DNA of 63,896 nucleotides, filler included, from Octopus bimaculoides (taxonomy: Eukaryota), in the NCBI RefSeq assembly GCF_001194135.2. It is 6 parts of 5 records of this genome, joined end to end, with 100 filler letters (N's around TTAATTAATTAA, not from the genome) between each part and the next. Parts side by side here need not be neighbours in the genome. Positions count along the whole stretch, not along the records: positions 62,174 to 63,896 come from NW_026386739.1; 5 more parts are not named here. The stretch is one strand, 5' to 3'. Below the pieces are notes generated by a model. It saw nothing but the letters and a program-made list of their open reading frames with translations, was not told the DNA's origin and did not search any database. How positions within the stretch are numbered: the stretch's first letter is position 1; each line of letters opens with the position of its first letter. This document shows, one piece after another, positions 63,679 to 63,896 of this stretch. The translations under genes were made by a program, and so were the position numbers.

Positions 63679-63896
63679 AATATCGGAAATATTTACTCAC
63701 GCAAGTATGATCAACTTTGAGCAAGGAAGAATCGTAACGATTAATTCTCAAGATAAAAGCGCCAAGAAGATCGTCAGTGTAAAGATTAATGATCTGAAAT
63801 TGCCGGAACAACCAATTGTTTGCGGAGAACGTTGACAGCTGTTAGCCAAATAGCTATACGTATAGAGCTTTAAACGTTAAGGGGAAGTAGCTACTT

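Overview
AT-rich, repeat-dense animal genomic DNA. The SINE, LINE and microsatellite content suggests an octopod cephalopod, which is an inference. Five artificial N44-TTAATTAATTAA-N44 joins split the window into six scaffold pieces, so adjacency across them is unproven. Three partial protein-coding genes lie on the minus strand, each on a different piece. (1) Two 3' exons (TM6, TM7) of a class B, calcitonin-receptor-like GPCR at 3392-4201. (2) The first six exons of CFAP251/WDR66 at 4824-9978, with an acidic tandem-repeat N-terminus and an RFX X-box at the start. (3) A gene built from 13 consecutive exons of exactly 138 bp at 19434-34153. All are phase 1-1 and each encodes one 46-aa, 8-Cys MEGF10/SCARF-type EGF unit. 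This modular array is the most notable signal. The rest is transposon debris (RLE-LINE, CR1/L2, Tx1, Penelope, Helitron, mariner, hAT, an ISL2EU-like element and several SINE families), minisatellites, hairpins and microsatellites. No CRISPR array, rRNA or intact tRNA was found.
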